A stretch of DNA of 64,000 nucleotides from an uncultured cyanobacterium (GTDB lineage Bacteria; Cyanobacteriota; Cyanobacteriia; Pseudanabaenales; Pseudanabaenaceae). The position numbers and the translations under genes are program-made. The stretch is from the NCBI GenBank assembly GCA_963703315.1, contig OY969811.1, forward strand, positions 4,192,001 to 4,256,000, written 5' to 3'. This document shows, piece after piece, positions 48,451 through 59,286 of this stretch. The notes below the pieces were generated by a model. The model was not told the origin of the DNA and made no database searches. It saw only the letters and a list, made by a program, of their open reading frames with translations. Positions within the stretch are counted from its first letter, which is position 1. Each line of letters starts with the position of its first letter.

Positions 48451-51249
48451 TTAGGATTGACGTTGCCACAGCCACCAACGAATTACCAATTTCTCCAATT
48501 CTATCCAAACAAACATCAAGGCGCTAAACCCAAAGCAGACTGCTAGCTCGGTTGGCGTGATGAGATATGTGCCAAAGAAAACACGAAACGGTTCTACATA
48601 AATCAGCACTAGTTGCAAAACCGTAGTCATAATCACCGATCCCCATACAAAAGGATTGGTCATGGGGTTAAGCTCAATCGTTAGTTGGGTGTTAGAACGA
48701 ATAGCGATCGCATGACCCATTTGAGCGATACAAAGGGTGGTAAATACCATTGTCTCCCAACGCTTGGGTGAGTAAGTGTCCCCAAATGTATGGGTGGTTG
48801 TATAGCCATGTGACCAGACCATGAGGGCGATCGTGATAATCGCCAAAACTATCCCAATTCTAACCATGTACATACCCATACCTCTGGCGAAGATATTTTC
48901 ACGAGGGTCAACAGGTGGTCGTTTCATCACATTTGGCTCAGCTGGCTCAACGGCAAGGGCAAGCGCAGGTAAGCCATCAGTGACTAGATTCATCCATAAA
49001 ATCTGTAGAGGAATCATAGGAACATTCAGGTTAGGGATCATAGAAGCTGCCGCGATCGTGATTACTTCGCCGATGTTACTACCCAGAATGTATTTGATAA
49101 AGCGGCGAATATTCGTATAAACGACACGACCTTCTTCAGTAGCGGCAACAATAGTTGCAAAGTTATCATCTAGCAAGATCATGTCACTGGCTTCTTTGGA
49201 CACGTCAGTGCCAGTAATTCCCATCGCGATACCAATATCTGCTTGCTTGAGTGCGGGAGCATCATTTACGCCATCTCCTGTCATCGCCACAAAGTGATGT
49301 TGTTTTTGGAGAGCTTGGACAATTTTCAATTTATGCTCAGGGGAGACACGGGCATAAACGCTGACCTGATTAACTTGCTGCTCTAGGTCAGATTGACTCA
49401 TATTCTCTAGTTCTCGCCCTGTGATTACCCGATCGCCTTTTTTGGCAATTCCTAAGTCTTCCGCGATCGCTTTAGCTGTGAGTTGGTGATCGCCCGTAAT
49501 CATCACAGGACGAATTCCCGCATCACGACATCGCTGTACAGCTTCACGCACTTCTGGACGTGGGGCATCGAGCATTCCGACTAAGCCTACCCAAACTAAG
49601 TTACTCTCGTCTTTTTCGGTGAGGCCACCTTCAGGTAGTTCGGCAAAGTTGCGATAGGCAAAGCCCAAGACACGTAAACCACGACTAGCGAGTTCGTTGT
49701 TTTGATCAAGAGCCTGTTGACGCTGATGACCAGCGATCTCATGAATTTGATCGCCAATTTGAATATGGGTACAACATTCTAAGGTTAATTCTGGTGAGCC
49801 TTTGCAAAATAGAACATTGCCCCCCTGTTCACCCTGCACCAGTACACTCATCCGCTTACGTTCTGAGGAGAAGGGAACTTCAAATATACGGGGCATTCGA
49901 TGTTGCCATTCTGAAAAATCACAACTACCTTTACTCGCGAGTACTAATAATGCACCCTCGGTAGGATCGCCAATGATTATCCATTCCCCATTTTTTTGTT
50001 GCAGAATTGAATCATTACAGAAGACACAAGCCATTAAAAGCTGCTGAACTTCAGGCAGATTTTGAACTTGAAAACTAGAATCTGCGGAAAAATCACCTAA
50101 ATGGCTAAAGTCACCAATGGGCGCATATCCATCCCCTGATACTTGCAGTGAATGTTGTCCTGTACGGATACCCTGTACTACCATTTTATTTTGGGTGAGT
50201 GTACCTGTCTTGTCAGAGCAAATCGTGGTGACAGAACCAAGGGTTTCGACGGCGGGTAAGCGACGGATCAGCGCATTTCTTCTGACCATGCGTTGAGTTC
50301 CCAAAGCAAGGGTAACCGTAACCACAGCAGGTAAACCTTCAGGAACTACGGCAACTGCCATACTGAGGGAGGTTTCGAGGAGTTCTCCAAAAGCGCCCCA
50401 CCCCTTGTTTAATACACCAACGAGGACAACAAGAGCGACCAATACCAAGGAGCCAGTGACTAATACATTTCCCAACTGGCTCATTCGTTGTTGTAGAGGT
50501 GTATCTTCAGTTTCTACATCTTGCAGTAGGGTGGCAATTTTCCCTAACTCAGTTTGCATCCCCGTTTTCGTGACTAAGACCTTTGCCCGCCCCTGTACAA
50601 CTTCAGTTCCTTGATAAACACAATTTAGGCGATCGCCCAAACTCGCGTCGGCTTCTAGAATTAAATTCGCTTGCTTGTTAACAGCCTCAGCTTCCCCCGT
50701 CAATGCTGATTCACGGACTTGGAGATTTTGCTCCTCTAGTAACCGACCATCGGCAGCAATTTGAACACCTGCCTCTAGGAGCATAATGTCGCCAGGTACA
50801 AGTTCTTTGCCATTAATTTCAAAGATTTCCCCGTTACGAATCACCCGAACTTTAGGTGAAGATAGCCTCTTGAGAGCAGCCAGAGCTTTTTCGGCATTAA
50901 TTTCTTGCATATAGCCCAGAATGCCATTGAGGAGAACAATCGAGAAGATGGCAACTGCATCCTTCGGAAATTCGGGTGTGGGTTTATTCAGGGCTAAAAA
51001 TGCTGAGACTACAGCCACAGCCATCAACATGATCAGCATGATATTCGTGAACTGATCGATGAAAATTTTGAATGGCGATCGCCCGACTTTTTCGACTAGT
51101 TCATTGGAGCCGTAGCGCTCAAATTTGACGGCAATTTCTTGACTGGTAAGCCCTTGTACGGGATCGCTTTGGAGTCGTTCTAGGGATTCTTCAGCCGTAA
51201 AGGTATGCCAAAGAGGGGCAGGAGTAAGATTTGGGGTCTCAAGTGCCAT
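48451..51249 (-). CDS. Cation-transporting P-type ATPase (P2A, Ca2+-type, PacL-like)
   Basis: [42 protein letters not shown]. Confidence 0.95.
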   Translation of the reverse strand: MALETPNLTPAPLWHTFTAEESLERLQSDPVQGLTSQEIAVKFERYGSNELVEKVGRSPFKIFIDQFTNIMLIMLMAVAVVSAFLALNKPTPEFPKDAVAIFSIVLLNGILGYMQEINAEKALAALKRLSSPKVRVIRNGEIFEINGKELVPGDIMLLEAGVQIAADGRLLEEQNLQVRESALTGEAEAVNKQANLILEADASLGDRLNCVYQGTEVVQGRAKVLVTKTGMQTELGKIATLLQDVETEDTPLQQRMSQLGNVLVTGSLVLVALVVLVGVLNKGWGAFGELLETSLSMAVAVVPEGLPAVVTVTLALGTQRMVRRNALIRRLPAVETLGSVTTICSDKTGTLTQNKMVVQGIRTGQHSLQVSGDGYAPIGDFSHLGDFSADSSFQVQNLPEVQQLLMACVFCNDSILQQKNGEWIIIGDPTEGALLVLASKGSCDFSEWQHRMPRIFEVPFSSERKRMSVLVQGEQGGNVLFCKGSPELTLECCTHIQIGDQIHEIAGHQRQQALDQNNELASRGLRVLGFAYRNFAELPEGGLTEKDESNLVWVGLVGMLDAPRPEVREAVQRCRDAGIRPVMITGDHQLTAKAIAEDLGIAKKGDRVITGRELENMSQSDLEQQVNQVSVYARVSPEHKLKIVQALQKQHHFVAMTGDGVNDAPALKQADIGIAMGITGTDVSKEASDMILLDDNFATIVAATEEGRVVYTNIRRFIKYILGSNIGEVITIAAASMIPNLNVPMIPLQILWMNLVTDGLPALALAVEPAEPNVMKRPPVDPRENIFARGMGMYMVRIGIVLAIITIALMVWSHGYTTTHTFGDTYSPKRWETMVFTTLCIAQMGHAIAIRSNTQLTIELNPMTNPFVWGSVIMTTVLQLVLIYVEPFRVFFGTYLITPTELAVCFGFSALMFVWIELEKLVIRWWLWQRQS

Positions 51250-51308
51250 CGTTTTTATCGGTAAACAGTTATGACCATAGTACTAAAAAATAGTACTAGT
51301 TGTTTTGA

Positions 51309-52427
51309 ATGCTATACAATTACCAAATGATTACCAATCCATTTCTGCCCCAGAGACTAGTGGGCAGACAAACAGAGCTAGAACGGATTAGTCAGATTTT
51401 GCAAGCAGATGGCGACTTGCTGATTGCTGGTGTCGCAGGAAGTGGACGCAGAACGCTAGTGAAATGGGCTGCCCAGCAAGTAGGGGCAAAGGTAATTACA
51501 TTGGATTGTTTACGGGCAACCGATGGCGATCGCTTTTTGAAGCTTTTAGCGAAGGGTTTACTGAATGCTTTTGATCGTCCTGAAGAAATATGCAAATTGC
51601 AGGAATTGCTTAAAGAACAACCGATTAGTTTTGAACTGACAGAACCATCGAAACCTAGAATCACTTGGAAACTCTCGACTTCAGGAATTTGGAACCTATT
51701 TGAAAATCTCTTAAGCATTCCGCAACAGATGGCAGAATGGCTGGATTGTCGAGTGGCGATCGTCTTGCATAACTTCACACATATTCGATCATGGGATCGC
51801 AAAGGTACATGGGAAGAATATTTGCGGCGTGAAATTCAACTCCAAAGTCGGGTGAGTTATGCCTTAATTGCCACTGTTCCCGAACCTTGGATGCATAAAC
51901 TGAGTATTCATGTTGTGGAATTGCCCCCCCTGAGCAATACTGAGCTTTGTGAATGGTTGGAACCAACGATGCAAGACAAGGGATTGAAGTTTGATAATTC
52001 TGATGCTTTGCAGCTATTTTTAGGCTACATTCAGGGCAATCTTAGTGATGCGATCGCTTTAACTAGAAGAATTTGGCAAGATTATCTTACAAAGACTCAT
52101 CCTCAAGACCATATACAATTTCTGATTCAGACGCACCATGTCCACCAGAATATGTTGATGTTGATTGAAGATCTTGCTCCTACCTTTGAATCTTTGATAA
52201 TGCTCTTACCGCCAACGCAAGTACGAGTATTAGAGAGCTTAGCGATCGATCCTACGGTCAGTCCTCATAGTCGCGAATATATTCAAAAACATCAGCTTTC
52301 GCGAGGCGGCAGTTTGCAAGGAGCGCTGGATAGTTTAGAACAGAAGGGACTGGTTTATGGTGCAAAATATGGTTATCGGATTGCGTTACCCACTTTGCAA
52401 TTTTGGCTGAAGCAACGTTTAGGATAA
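51309..52427 (+). CDS. AAA/archaeal-ATPase-like protein with C-terminal wHTH and degenerate Walker motifs
   Basis: NPF...LVGRQTEL; Walker A-like GVAGSGRRT; the Walker B position reads IVLHNF. Confidence 0.7.
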   Translation: MLYNYQMITNPFLPQRLVGRQTELERISQILQADGDLLIAGVAGSGRRTLVKWAAQQVGAKVITLDCLRATDGDRFLKLLAKGLLNAFDRPEEICKLQELLKEQPISFELTEPSKPRITWKLSTSGIWNLFENLLSIPQQMAEWLDCRVAIVLHNFTHIRSWDRKGTWEEYLRREIQLQSRVSYALIATVPEPWMHKLSIHVVELPPLSNTELCEWLEPTMQDKGLKFDNSDALQLFLGYIQGNLSDAIALTRRIWQDYLTKTHPQDHIQFLIQTHHVHQNMLMLIEDLAPTFESLIMLLPPTQVRVLESLAIDPTVSPHSREYIQKHQLSRGGSLQGALDSLEQKGLVYGAKYGYRIALPTLQFWLKQRLG

Positions 52428-52478
52428 TCTCATTGAAAAAAATTGCGAAGCAAGTTTTTTCAATCCAAGTTAAGTTTT

Positions 52479-54137
52479 ATGCAAAATATCCACACTCTTC
52501 CACTAGAAGTTGTTCATCTCATTGCCGCAGGTGAGGTGATTGATTCGTTGGCGGCGGTGGTGAGAGAACTTGCCGAAAATGCGATCGATGCTAATGCAAC
52601 CAGAATCGTGATTTCGATTTGGACAGATTCTCTTTCGGTGCAGGTGAGTGATAATGGCACTGGCATGGCGATCGCTGATTTATCTCAAGCTGCAACACCG
52701 CATACAACCAGTAAAATCAATAATGCCAAAGATTTACAACAAATTCATAGTTTAGGATTTCGGGGTGAAGCACTGTATAGTTTGGCGCAACTTGCCGATT
52801 TAAGTATTTGCAGCCGCCCAATTTTAGAGCCTGTAGGTTATCAAGCTAATTATGACGAGCATGGCAATTTACAGTCACTACCGAAAGTAACGGCGATCGC
52901 TACAGGTACAATCGTCACAGTTCGGAATCTCTTTTCCCGATATCCCAATCGCTTGCAATCCTTGCCCAGTAATTCACAGCAGATTCGCAAGGTGCAGTTA
53001 CAAATTCAGAATATGGCGATCGCTAATCCCCATATTAACTGGCAAGTAAACTTAGATAATCGCGAATGGCTCACCATCTGGTCAGGAGAGAATGCTAGTG
53101 AAATCTTGCCGCAAATCATAAATTCGATTCAGCCCTATGATTTAGTATATAAAGAGTTTGCCCCCAGCCCCTCTCCCAATCAGGGAGAGGGAAGCAAGAA
53201 TATCTCCATCACTCTTGGTTTACCCGATCACTTATCGCGCCGCCGTCCTGATTGGGTAAAAGTGATTCTCAATGGTCGAGTAGTAAATTTCCCTGAATTA
53301 GAACAAATAATTCTCTCTAGCCTAGAGCGAACTTTGCCTCGCAATCGATTTCCTGTATGTATTGTGAATTTGAAGTTATCCTGCGATCGCATTGACTGGA
53401 ATCGCCATCCTGCCAAAGCTGAAGCTTATATTCAGAACTTAGGAGACATTCAATCTCAGTTAAAGGAATCTATTAGCGAAACTCTCAAATCTCCGCAATC
53501 AACTTCTCAAATTAGTTACACTAGTGCCACTAATGATTTATTGCGAACTGCTGAACGTAAAACTTCTTATCTCATTCCTGCTAAAAAAGAAAACTTTAAT
53601 CAGATAAATTCCTCGTTAAAGGCGATCGCCCAAGTTCTCGACACTTACATTTTGGCGGAACATTCGGGTGGTTTATGGTTAGTGGAACAGCACGTCGCCC
53701 ATGAGCGAATTCTATTTGAACGTATCGAAACTCAATGGCAAATTGTAGCGATCGAGGAGCCAATTTTATTAAAGCAATTATCTGATGATGGAATAGAACG
53801 TTTACAAGCATTGGGATTAGAAATAGAAACTTTTGGTAATCACCTCTGGGCGGTGCGATCGCTACCAGAAATTCTGATCGGACATCAAGACTGCGCTATT
53901 ATTTTGCAAGAAATGGCTCAACAAGATGACCCCACAATGGCAAGAGCAACGGCGGCTTGTCGTAGTGCAATTCGCAACGGCACAAAGCTAGATCTAACGA
54001 CTATGCGCGATCTCCTATCCCAATGGCAACAAACTCGTAATCCTCATACCTGCCCTCATGGTCGCCCGATATGTTTAGCGATCGATGAGTCAGATTTAGC
54101 CAGATTTTTTCGCCGTAATTGGATTATCTCGAAATGA
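52479..54137 (+). CDS. mutL: DNA mismatch repair endonuclease MutL
   Basis: IAAGEVI, ELAENAIDA, DNGTGM, TSKI, LGFRGEAL, EQHVAHERILFE, CPHGRP. Start at ATG 52479. Confidence 0.96.
   Translation: MQNIHTLPLEVVHLIAAGEVIDSLAAVVRELAENAIDANATRIVISIWTDSLSVQVSDNGTGMAIADLSQAATPHTTSKINNAKDLQQIHSLGFRGEALYSLAQLADLSICSRPILEPVGYQANYDEHGNLQSLPKVTAIATGTIVTVRNLFSRYPNRLQSLPSNSQQIRKVQLQIQNMAIANPHINWQVNLDNREWLTIWSGENASEILPQIINSIQPYDLVYKEFAPSPSPNQGEGSKNISITLGLPDHLSRRRPDWVKVILNGRVVNFPELEQIILSSLERTLPRNRFPVCIVNLKLSCDRIDWNRHPAKAEAYIQNLGDIQSQLKESISETLKSPQSTSQISYTSATNDLLRTAERKTSYLIPAKKENFNQINSSLKAIAQVLDTYILAEHSGGLWLVEQHVAHERILFERIETQWQIVAIEEPILLKQLSDDGIERLQALGLEIETFGNHLWAVRSLPEILIGHQDCAIILQEMAQQDDPTMARATAACRSAIRNGTKLDLTTMRDLLSQWQQTRNPHTCPHGRPICLAIDESDLARFFRRNWIISK
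53161..53197. repeat. CCCCTCTCCC/GGGAGAGG repeat inside the mutL coding sequence
   Basis: CCCCCAGCCCCTCTCCCAATCAGGGAGAGGGAAGCAA matches the reverse complement of 20137-20177. Confidence 0.75.
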
Positions 54138-54141
54138 TTAT

Positions 54142-54615
54142 TCAATGGTTTGTTGCTACTTCTATAGGTTCTGTTGTTGTAATTTTTTTGGGACGACCAC
54201 CTTTCTTGCCATTATTACGAGATGATTCGGCTTTAGCGGGAGAAGTAGTTTGTCCACCTTTACGTCCTAGATGTGACATCCAAGCCTTCGTACCGAAAAT
54301 ACCTGCAACTAGTCCAGTAATATTAAAATCTGCATCTAAACGCTCCCAATGAACACTGCTGCCTGATGCGTCAATCCATACATCATCAAGATCGTCGGGA
54401 GTGGCTTCCCCTAGTCCTTGCACCAAGTTAGGTGGAAAGCTGAAGAAAGCTCCATTTTTAAGAGAAATTACGATTAACCCAGAAGACTTATCAAAACTAA
54501 CAGATGTAGCCCTCGGTTCTGTTGCATCTGCTTCTTGTGCGGCAGCTTTAGCGCTTACGATTTGAGCGTCTAGCTCTTCCTCGCTGATTAGATTGTTCCA
54601 GTTTTTGAACGCCAT
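54142..54615 (-). CDS. DUF2442 family putative antitoxin
   Basis: I.LKNGA...FP...QGL, VHWERLDADF, basic tail GRKGG...NGKKGGRPKK. Confidence 0.85.
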   Translation of the reverse strand: MAFKNWNNLISEEELDAQIVSAKAAAQEADATEPRATSVSFDKSSGLIVISLKNGAFFSFPPNLVQGLGEATPDDLDDVWIDASGSSVHWERLDADFNITGLVAGIFGTKAWMSHLGRKGGQTTSPAKAESSRNNGKKGGRPKKITTTEPIEVATNH

Positions 54616-54874
54616 GTATTTCGTTCCATTTTTTCAATAAAGTTTCTTGATTATCAGCTACTAACCGCCAAGCTGCCTTGATATCAACATTTCGCATATC
54701 CAGATCAGCTTTTACTATTGAGGGCGGCTCATCTTCATTCCCAATATTTATTTTGACGTTGTGCCTATTCCCATCATTCTTTCTTCCTTTGAACACATGA
54801 ACATGAGCAGGAGTATGGTCGTCAGTGTAGATGTATAAGTATAAGTTTTGACTTTCGTCTGTAAGAACCTTCAC
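54548..54874 (-). CDS. DUF4160 family putative toxin (HicA-like fold)
   Basis: IYTDDHTPAHVHV...LLKKWNEIHG; overlaps its partner gene. Confidence 0.85.
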   Translation of the reverse strand: MKVLTDESQNLYLYIYTDDHTPAHVHVFKGRKNDGNRHNVKINIGNEDEPPSIVKADLDMRNVDIKAAWRLVADNQETLLKKWNEIHGVQKLEQSNQRGRARRSNRKR

Positions 54875-54926
54875 AATACAAGAGTCCTAGTTGCATATTT
54901 TTATTGATTCTTAAGGGTTACAAATA

Positions 54927-54955
54927 ATAATAACCTAACGTTTAGGTTATGTCAA
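54927..54955 (-). promoter_or_regulatory. Sigma70-type promoter with a palindromic operator for the DUF4160/DUF2442 operon
   Basis: Minus strand TTGACA-17 nt-TATTAT; inverted repeat ATAACCTAA-CGT-TTAGGTTAT (54930-54950) fills the spacer. Confidence 0.7.
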
Positions 54956-54972
54956 AACTTGGCTTGGTATAA

Positions 54973-55173
54973 TTAACTTCAGTTGCTTGGCAAAGTCCGC
55001 GTTTAGGGATTCGCTTTGAACTTACTGATGAGAGTTTAAATATTTTTAATCCTGATGGCACTAAGTTTTTGACCTATCTTGAACAGGTCGAACAAAAAGA
55101 ACAAGCTCTAGATGCAATGTCTAAATATGCGGCGAAGTTGCGTGAAATGGGCATTGATCCTGATTTACTTTAG
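54973..55173 (+). pseudogene. 3' remnant of a Uma2-family endonuclease gene
   Basis: Start-less frame ...WQSPRLGIRFELTDESLNIFNPDGTKFLTYLEQ...AAKLREMGIDPDLL*, the typical cyanobacterial Uma2 C-terminus. Confidence 0.75.
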
Positions 55174-55237
55174 GGTTACAGAGCTTTGTCCTGATATATT
55201 TAGCTATAGGTCTCGCTAAATTTAAGGTTAGGTTAAA

Positions 55238-57001
55238 ATGATTGATTCGCAAAAATTGGATCGCAAATCAGACAATATTTCTAATAGCCAATTTACTTAT
55301 CGAATATCAATTCCTGAACCAGAAAATCATTTACTTCATGTTGAATTAGCGATCGCTGATTGGCAAGCAGAATTTATTGATCTCAAATTACCAGTCTGGA
55401 CACCGGGATCTTATCTAGTCCGTGAATATGCTAAAAATTTGCAAGATTTTAACGCGATATCTGAGAATGGGAAGCCGCTCTCATGGCAAAAAATCAGTAA
55501 AAATCACTGGCGCGTGAATTGTGGTGATTGCTCTCAAATTAAAGTTCAATATCGCATCTTCTGTAATGAGTTAACTGTGCGTACCAATCATATTGATAGT
55601 ACCCATGCCTTTTTTACAGGTGCAGCCGTATTTCTCTATATTTCTGAACATCAACATCAATCTCACAATGTTGAGATTGATACTCCTAAAGAGAACTGGC
55701 AAATTGCTACTGCTCTACCAAATGTTGCCAATAGTTCAAATGTCTTCTATGCCAAGGATTTCGATACTTTAGTGGATAGTCCCTTTGAAATTGGCATTCA
55801 GGAACAGCATCAATTTACCGTACTTGATAAGTCACATCGCTTGATTATTTGGGGACAACATAATGCCGATGTGCAGCGCATGGTCAGAGATATTGCTGAG
55901 ATCGTAGCCGTAGAAGCCGAAATGTTTGGTGGGTTGCCCTACGATCGCTATGACTTTATTCTCCATGCGAGTAATGGATTTGGTGGATTAGAGCATAAAA
56001 ATAGTACGGTACTCCTCTATAACCGCTTAGGATTTCGTAAAGAAGAAAGTTATTTACAATTCATCAATCTTGTTGCTCACGAATTTTTCCATACATGGAA
56101 TGTGAAACGAATTCGTCCTCAAGCTTTAGAAAACTTTGACTATGAGCAGGAGAATTACACAGGTTCTCTTTGGTTTAGTGAAGGAACTACTAGCTATTAT
56201 GATCAAATTTTTCCGCTTCGTACCAAGCTTTATGATGCCAAGCACTATCTTAAACTTGTTAACAAGAGCATTACCCGTCTCCAAACTACCTTTGGGCGCA
56301 ATGTACAGTCGCTCTATGAATCTAGTTTTGATACATGGATTAAGCTCTATCGTCCCGATGCTAATTCTCATAACAACCAAATTTCTTACTATCTCAAGGG
56401 TGAATTGGTTTCCATGTTATTGGATTTGCTGATTCGGGATAAAAGCAATAATTTGCGATCGCTTGATCGGGTACTCCAAATTATGTGGGAACGTTTTGGT
56501 AAAGAGGAAATCGGCTTTACTGAAGCTGAACTTCATGAAGTAATTGAATCAGTTGCGGGTGTTGATCTTACAAACTTCTGGAATGATTATCTCTATGGCA
56601 CTAAAGAGTTAGATTATAACTATTATCTAGAACCCTTCGGTATTGAGTTGCGAACTGCCAAACAAGATGTTCCCTTTACTGGTTTAACTGTCAAATCTAA
56701 AAATGGGGTTGCGGAAGTAGAGAAAGTGGAATTTGGTTCACCTGCCCAAAAAGCAGGAATTAGTACAGGTGATATATTACTAGCGATCGCAGGTATTCGG
56801 GTGACGGCTGAGAGTTTTAGCGATCGCCTGCGTGATTTCGCATCTGGAGAGGCGATCGCGGTAACCATCTTCCAGCAAGACTTACTGAAAACTGTAGAAG
56901 TGCTTTTACAAGAACCAATGACTAATCATTTTGAGCTTGTCCAAATTCCAAATGCTTCTCCAAATCAAGAAGTAAATTTAAGATTATGGTTAAATATCTA
57001 G
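55238..57001 (+). CDS. M61 family (glycyl) aminopeptidase with PDZ domain
   Basis: PVWTPGSY, GGLEHKNS, AHEFFHTWN, LWFSEGTTSYY, YYLKG, C-terminal PDZ. Confidence 0.93.
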   Translation: MIDSQKLDRKSDNISNSQFTYRISIPEPENHLLHVELAIADWQAEFIDLKLPVWTPGSYLVREYAKNLQDFNAISENGKPLSWQKISKNHWRVNCGDCSQIKVQYRIFCNELTVRTNHIDSTHAFFTGAAVFLYISEHQHQSHNVEIDTPKENWQIATALPNVANSSNVFYAKDFDTLVDSPFEIGIQEQHQFTVLDKSHRLIIWGQHNADVQRMVRDIAEIVAVEAEMFGGLPYDRYDFILHASNGFGGLEHKNSTVLLYNRLGFRKEESYLQFINLVAHEFFHTWNVKRIRPQALENFDYEQENYTGSLWFSEGTTSYYDQIFPLRTKLYDAKHYLKLVNKSITRLQTTFGRNVQSLYESSFDTWIKLYRPDANSHNNQISYYLKGELVSMLLDLLIRDKSNNLRSLDRVLQIMWERFGKEEIGFTEAELHEVIESVAGVDLTNFWNDYLYGTKELDYNYYLEPFGIELRTAKQDVPFTGLTVKSKNGVAEVEKVEFGSPAQKAGISTGDILLAIAGIRVTAESFSDRLRDFASGEAIAVTIFQQDLLKTVEVLLQEPMTNHFELVQIPNASPNQEVNLRLWLNI

Positions 57002-57002
57002 C

Positions 57003-57119
57003 ATAAGTAGCTCAGCATAGTTAAAACCCAAAACCAGAGCTTGTGCCGCCCGCTACGTGGGCGGCACAAGTTTCTAGGTTTAAGTTTATTAATAGAGAGT
57101 TGCACCGCAACTCTCTATT
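57003..57119. repeat. Composite miniature repeat with two hairpins between convergent genes
   Basis: ATAAGTAGCTCAGC...CTTGTGCCGCCCGC-TAC-GTGGGCGGCACAAG...; AATAGAGAGTTGC-ACC-GCAACTCTCTATT overlaps the stop of the next gene. Confidence 0.6.
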
Positions 57120-59286
57120 GAGGTTTTGTATTAGGTTTAGTCACTCCTTGCGCTCTGAGCAAAGTCTCAACATCCTCGGCGGGCAAAGCTTTATAGAAGA
57201 AATGACCTTGAACGCGATCGCAACCTAATGACTTTAAAAAATCAACTTGCTCTTTCGTTTCTGCACCTTCAGCAATTACAGTTAAGTTAAGACTATGAGA
57301 TAGGTTAATAATTGAAGCAACGATCGCTTGATCCTGCTCATTATGGGTAATATTCTCAATAAATATACGATCAATTTTTAATGTATCGATTGGCAAATTT
57401 TTGAGATAACTGAGGGCTGAGTAACCAGTACCAAAATCATCGATTGATAACTGAATCCCCATCTCGCGGAATTGGTTTAACAAGATGATTTTTTCTTCAA
57501 CATTTTCCATCATGATCCCCTCAGTAATCTCTAACTCTAAGTAGTGGGGATCAATATTAGTTTCTTCGATAATTTGCTGGAGAAAAGGTAAAAAATCTTT
57601 TTGTTGAAGTTGCTTAATTGATAAATTTACACCAATTTGAATCGGTGTTAGCCCCTTATTTTGCCATGCGATCGCCTGTAAACAAGTTTGCTTTAATACC
57701 CAAGACCCAATTGCTATGATTAAGCCTGTTTCCTCAGCAAGGGGAATAAATTTGCTGGGTGGAATAGATCCTAAAGCTACGTGCTTCCATCGCAATAAAA
57801 CCTCTAGACCAACGATTTTACCTGTGTTTAAATCAATCTGTGGTTGATAGTATGTTTCTAACTCTTCATTTTCTAATGCTCTTCTCAGATTGTTTTCCAT
57901 AGATAATCTCTGGAAGCTCTGTTCTTGCATATTCGGAATATAAAACTGGAAGCTATTTTGTCCTTCTTCCTTAGCTCGATACATCGCCATATCAGCATTA
58001 TGAATTAATCCTTCCACATCAGTATTATGATCTGGATAAATACTCGCGCCAATGCACGTCGTAATATGTAACTCATGTCCACCACAGTTAAAAGGTGATG
58101 ACAAAGCCTGAATCATTGTCTCGCCAATTTGAGCAACTACATCGATCGAATCAACTGCCTTAGCCACGATCGCAAATTCATCCGCGCCCCAACGCACTAG
58201 TAAATCATCTTCTTTTAATAAGTCTTTTAAGCGATCGCCTACAGCTTGAAGTAACAAATCCCCCATACTATGCCCTAGAGAATCATTAATCAATTTAAAA
58301 CGATCAATGTCCAGTAATAAAACTGCAAATCTTTGTTGTTTATCTTCTAAGTTCTCAACAACTTTGACTAAATATTCATACAAATACTTGCGATTAGGTA
58401 GACCTGTTAGCGAATCATGATGAATTTGATAAGAGATGATCGCTTCAGCCCGTTTCTGTTTCGTAACATCATATATATGAATCCGAATTACTTCATTCCA
58501 AGGCATAAAATGAATGATTTCTTCAAATACTTTGCCATTGAACTCTATCTCACGCATAAAAAAGTTGCGAACAGGATTAACCAGTGGTATCAATTGACTG
58601 AGTAATTCCTGAAGTAAAGGATGACTAGTTCCAATATCTTCAAGATCAGGAAATTGATACAAAACCGCAGGATTAAGATATAGAATTCTTCCTACTAAGT
58701 TTAGATCAATAATTGGTTGGGGATTTAGTTCTGGAGAAGCAATAAATTGATTAATAGTTTCATGGATATGCACAGATAAATCTTGCTCTGAAATAGATTG
58801 CAAAGAAGCAAGTTGAAAAGATACAATTTCACTCAAAGGATTACTCTTTCTGGTTGTGGTTCCGCTTTGAGCAATATTCACTTGAGAGTTCCTATTTGTG
58901 GGTATATTAGAGATCACGCTGATCACTTGATATACCGCTTTAGTATCTTTACTAAATAAAATCTCATCCCCATGAGACAAGATGTGAGAGAATCGTCTCC
59001 TCCCATTAATTAAGATTCCATTTGTACTGCGAATACCATCTACACTACCGTCAATTATTCGGAAGAAACATGAAGAAGAAGATTTGTGTGAGGCTACGGC
59101 TAGTAGTGTGGCGTGTTGCCGTGATACGAGGTTAGAACGCAGAATAATCGAATTTCCTAAACTCCTGCCTAAGGAATAAGTCATATTGTGTAAAAGAAAA
59201 TTGCGAAATCCTTGAGGATCTTCAACCGTAAGTACGTGATGAAGCATCTCTTTATTCTCAAGAGTGGATGACTCTTCTGATCTCAC
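57115..59286 (-). CDS. FHA-(PAS-like)-GGDEF-EAL c-di-GMP metabolism protein
   Basis: FHA (LGR, VSRQHA, STNG); HDSLTGLPNR, variant WGADEF; EVLLRW, ELEITE, DDFGTGYS. Confidence 0.92.
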   Translation of the reverse strand: MRSEESSTLENKEMLHHVLTVEDPQGFRNFLLHNMTYSLGRSLGNSIILRSNLVSRQHATLLAVASHKSSSSCFFRIIDGSVDGIRSTNGILINGRRRFSHILSHGDEILFSKDTKAVYQVISVISNIPTNRNSQVNIAQSGTTTRKSNPLSEIVSFQLASLQSISEQDLSVHIHETINQFIASPELNPQPIIDLNLVGRILYLNPAVLYQFPDLEDIGTSHPLLQELLSQLIPLVNPVRNFFMREIEFNGKVFEEIIHFMPWNEVIRIHIYDVTKQKRAEAIISYQIHHDSLTGLPNRKYLYEYLVKVVENLEDKQQRFAVLLLDIDRFKLINDSLGHSMGDLLLQAVGDRLKDLLKEDDLLVRWGADEFAIVAKAVDSIDVVAQIGETMIQALSSPFNCGGHELHITTCIGASIYPDHNTDVEGLIHNADMAMYRAKEEGQNSFQFYIPNMQEQSFQRLSMENNLRRALENEELETYYQPQIDLNTGKIVGLEVLLRWKHVALGSIPPSKFIPLAEETGLIIAIGSWVLKQTCLQAIAWQNKGLTPIQIGVNLSIKQLQQKDFLPFLQQIIEETNIDPHYLELEITEGIMMENVEEKIILLNQFREMGIQLSIDDFGTGYSALSYLKNLPIDTLKIDRIFIENITHNEQDQAIVASIINLSHSLNLTVIAEGAETKEQVDFLKSLGCDRVQGHFFYKALPAEDVETLLRAQGVTKPNTKPQ

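Noticed and set aside
54914..55180. AGGGTTACA direct repeat flanking the promoter and the Uma2 remnant, as a possible TSD
   Set aside because: No terminal inverted repeats or transposase, and the interval contains the TA promoter; may be chance.
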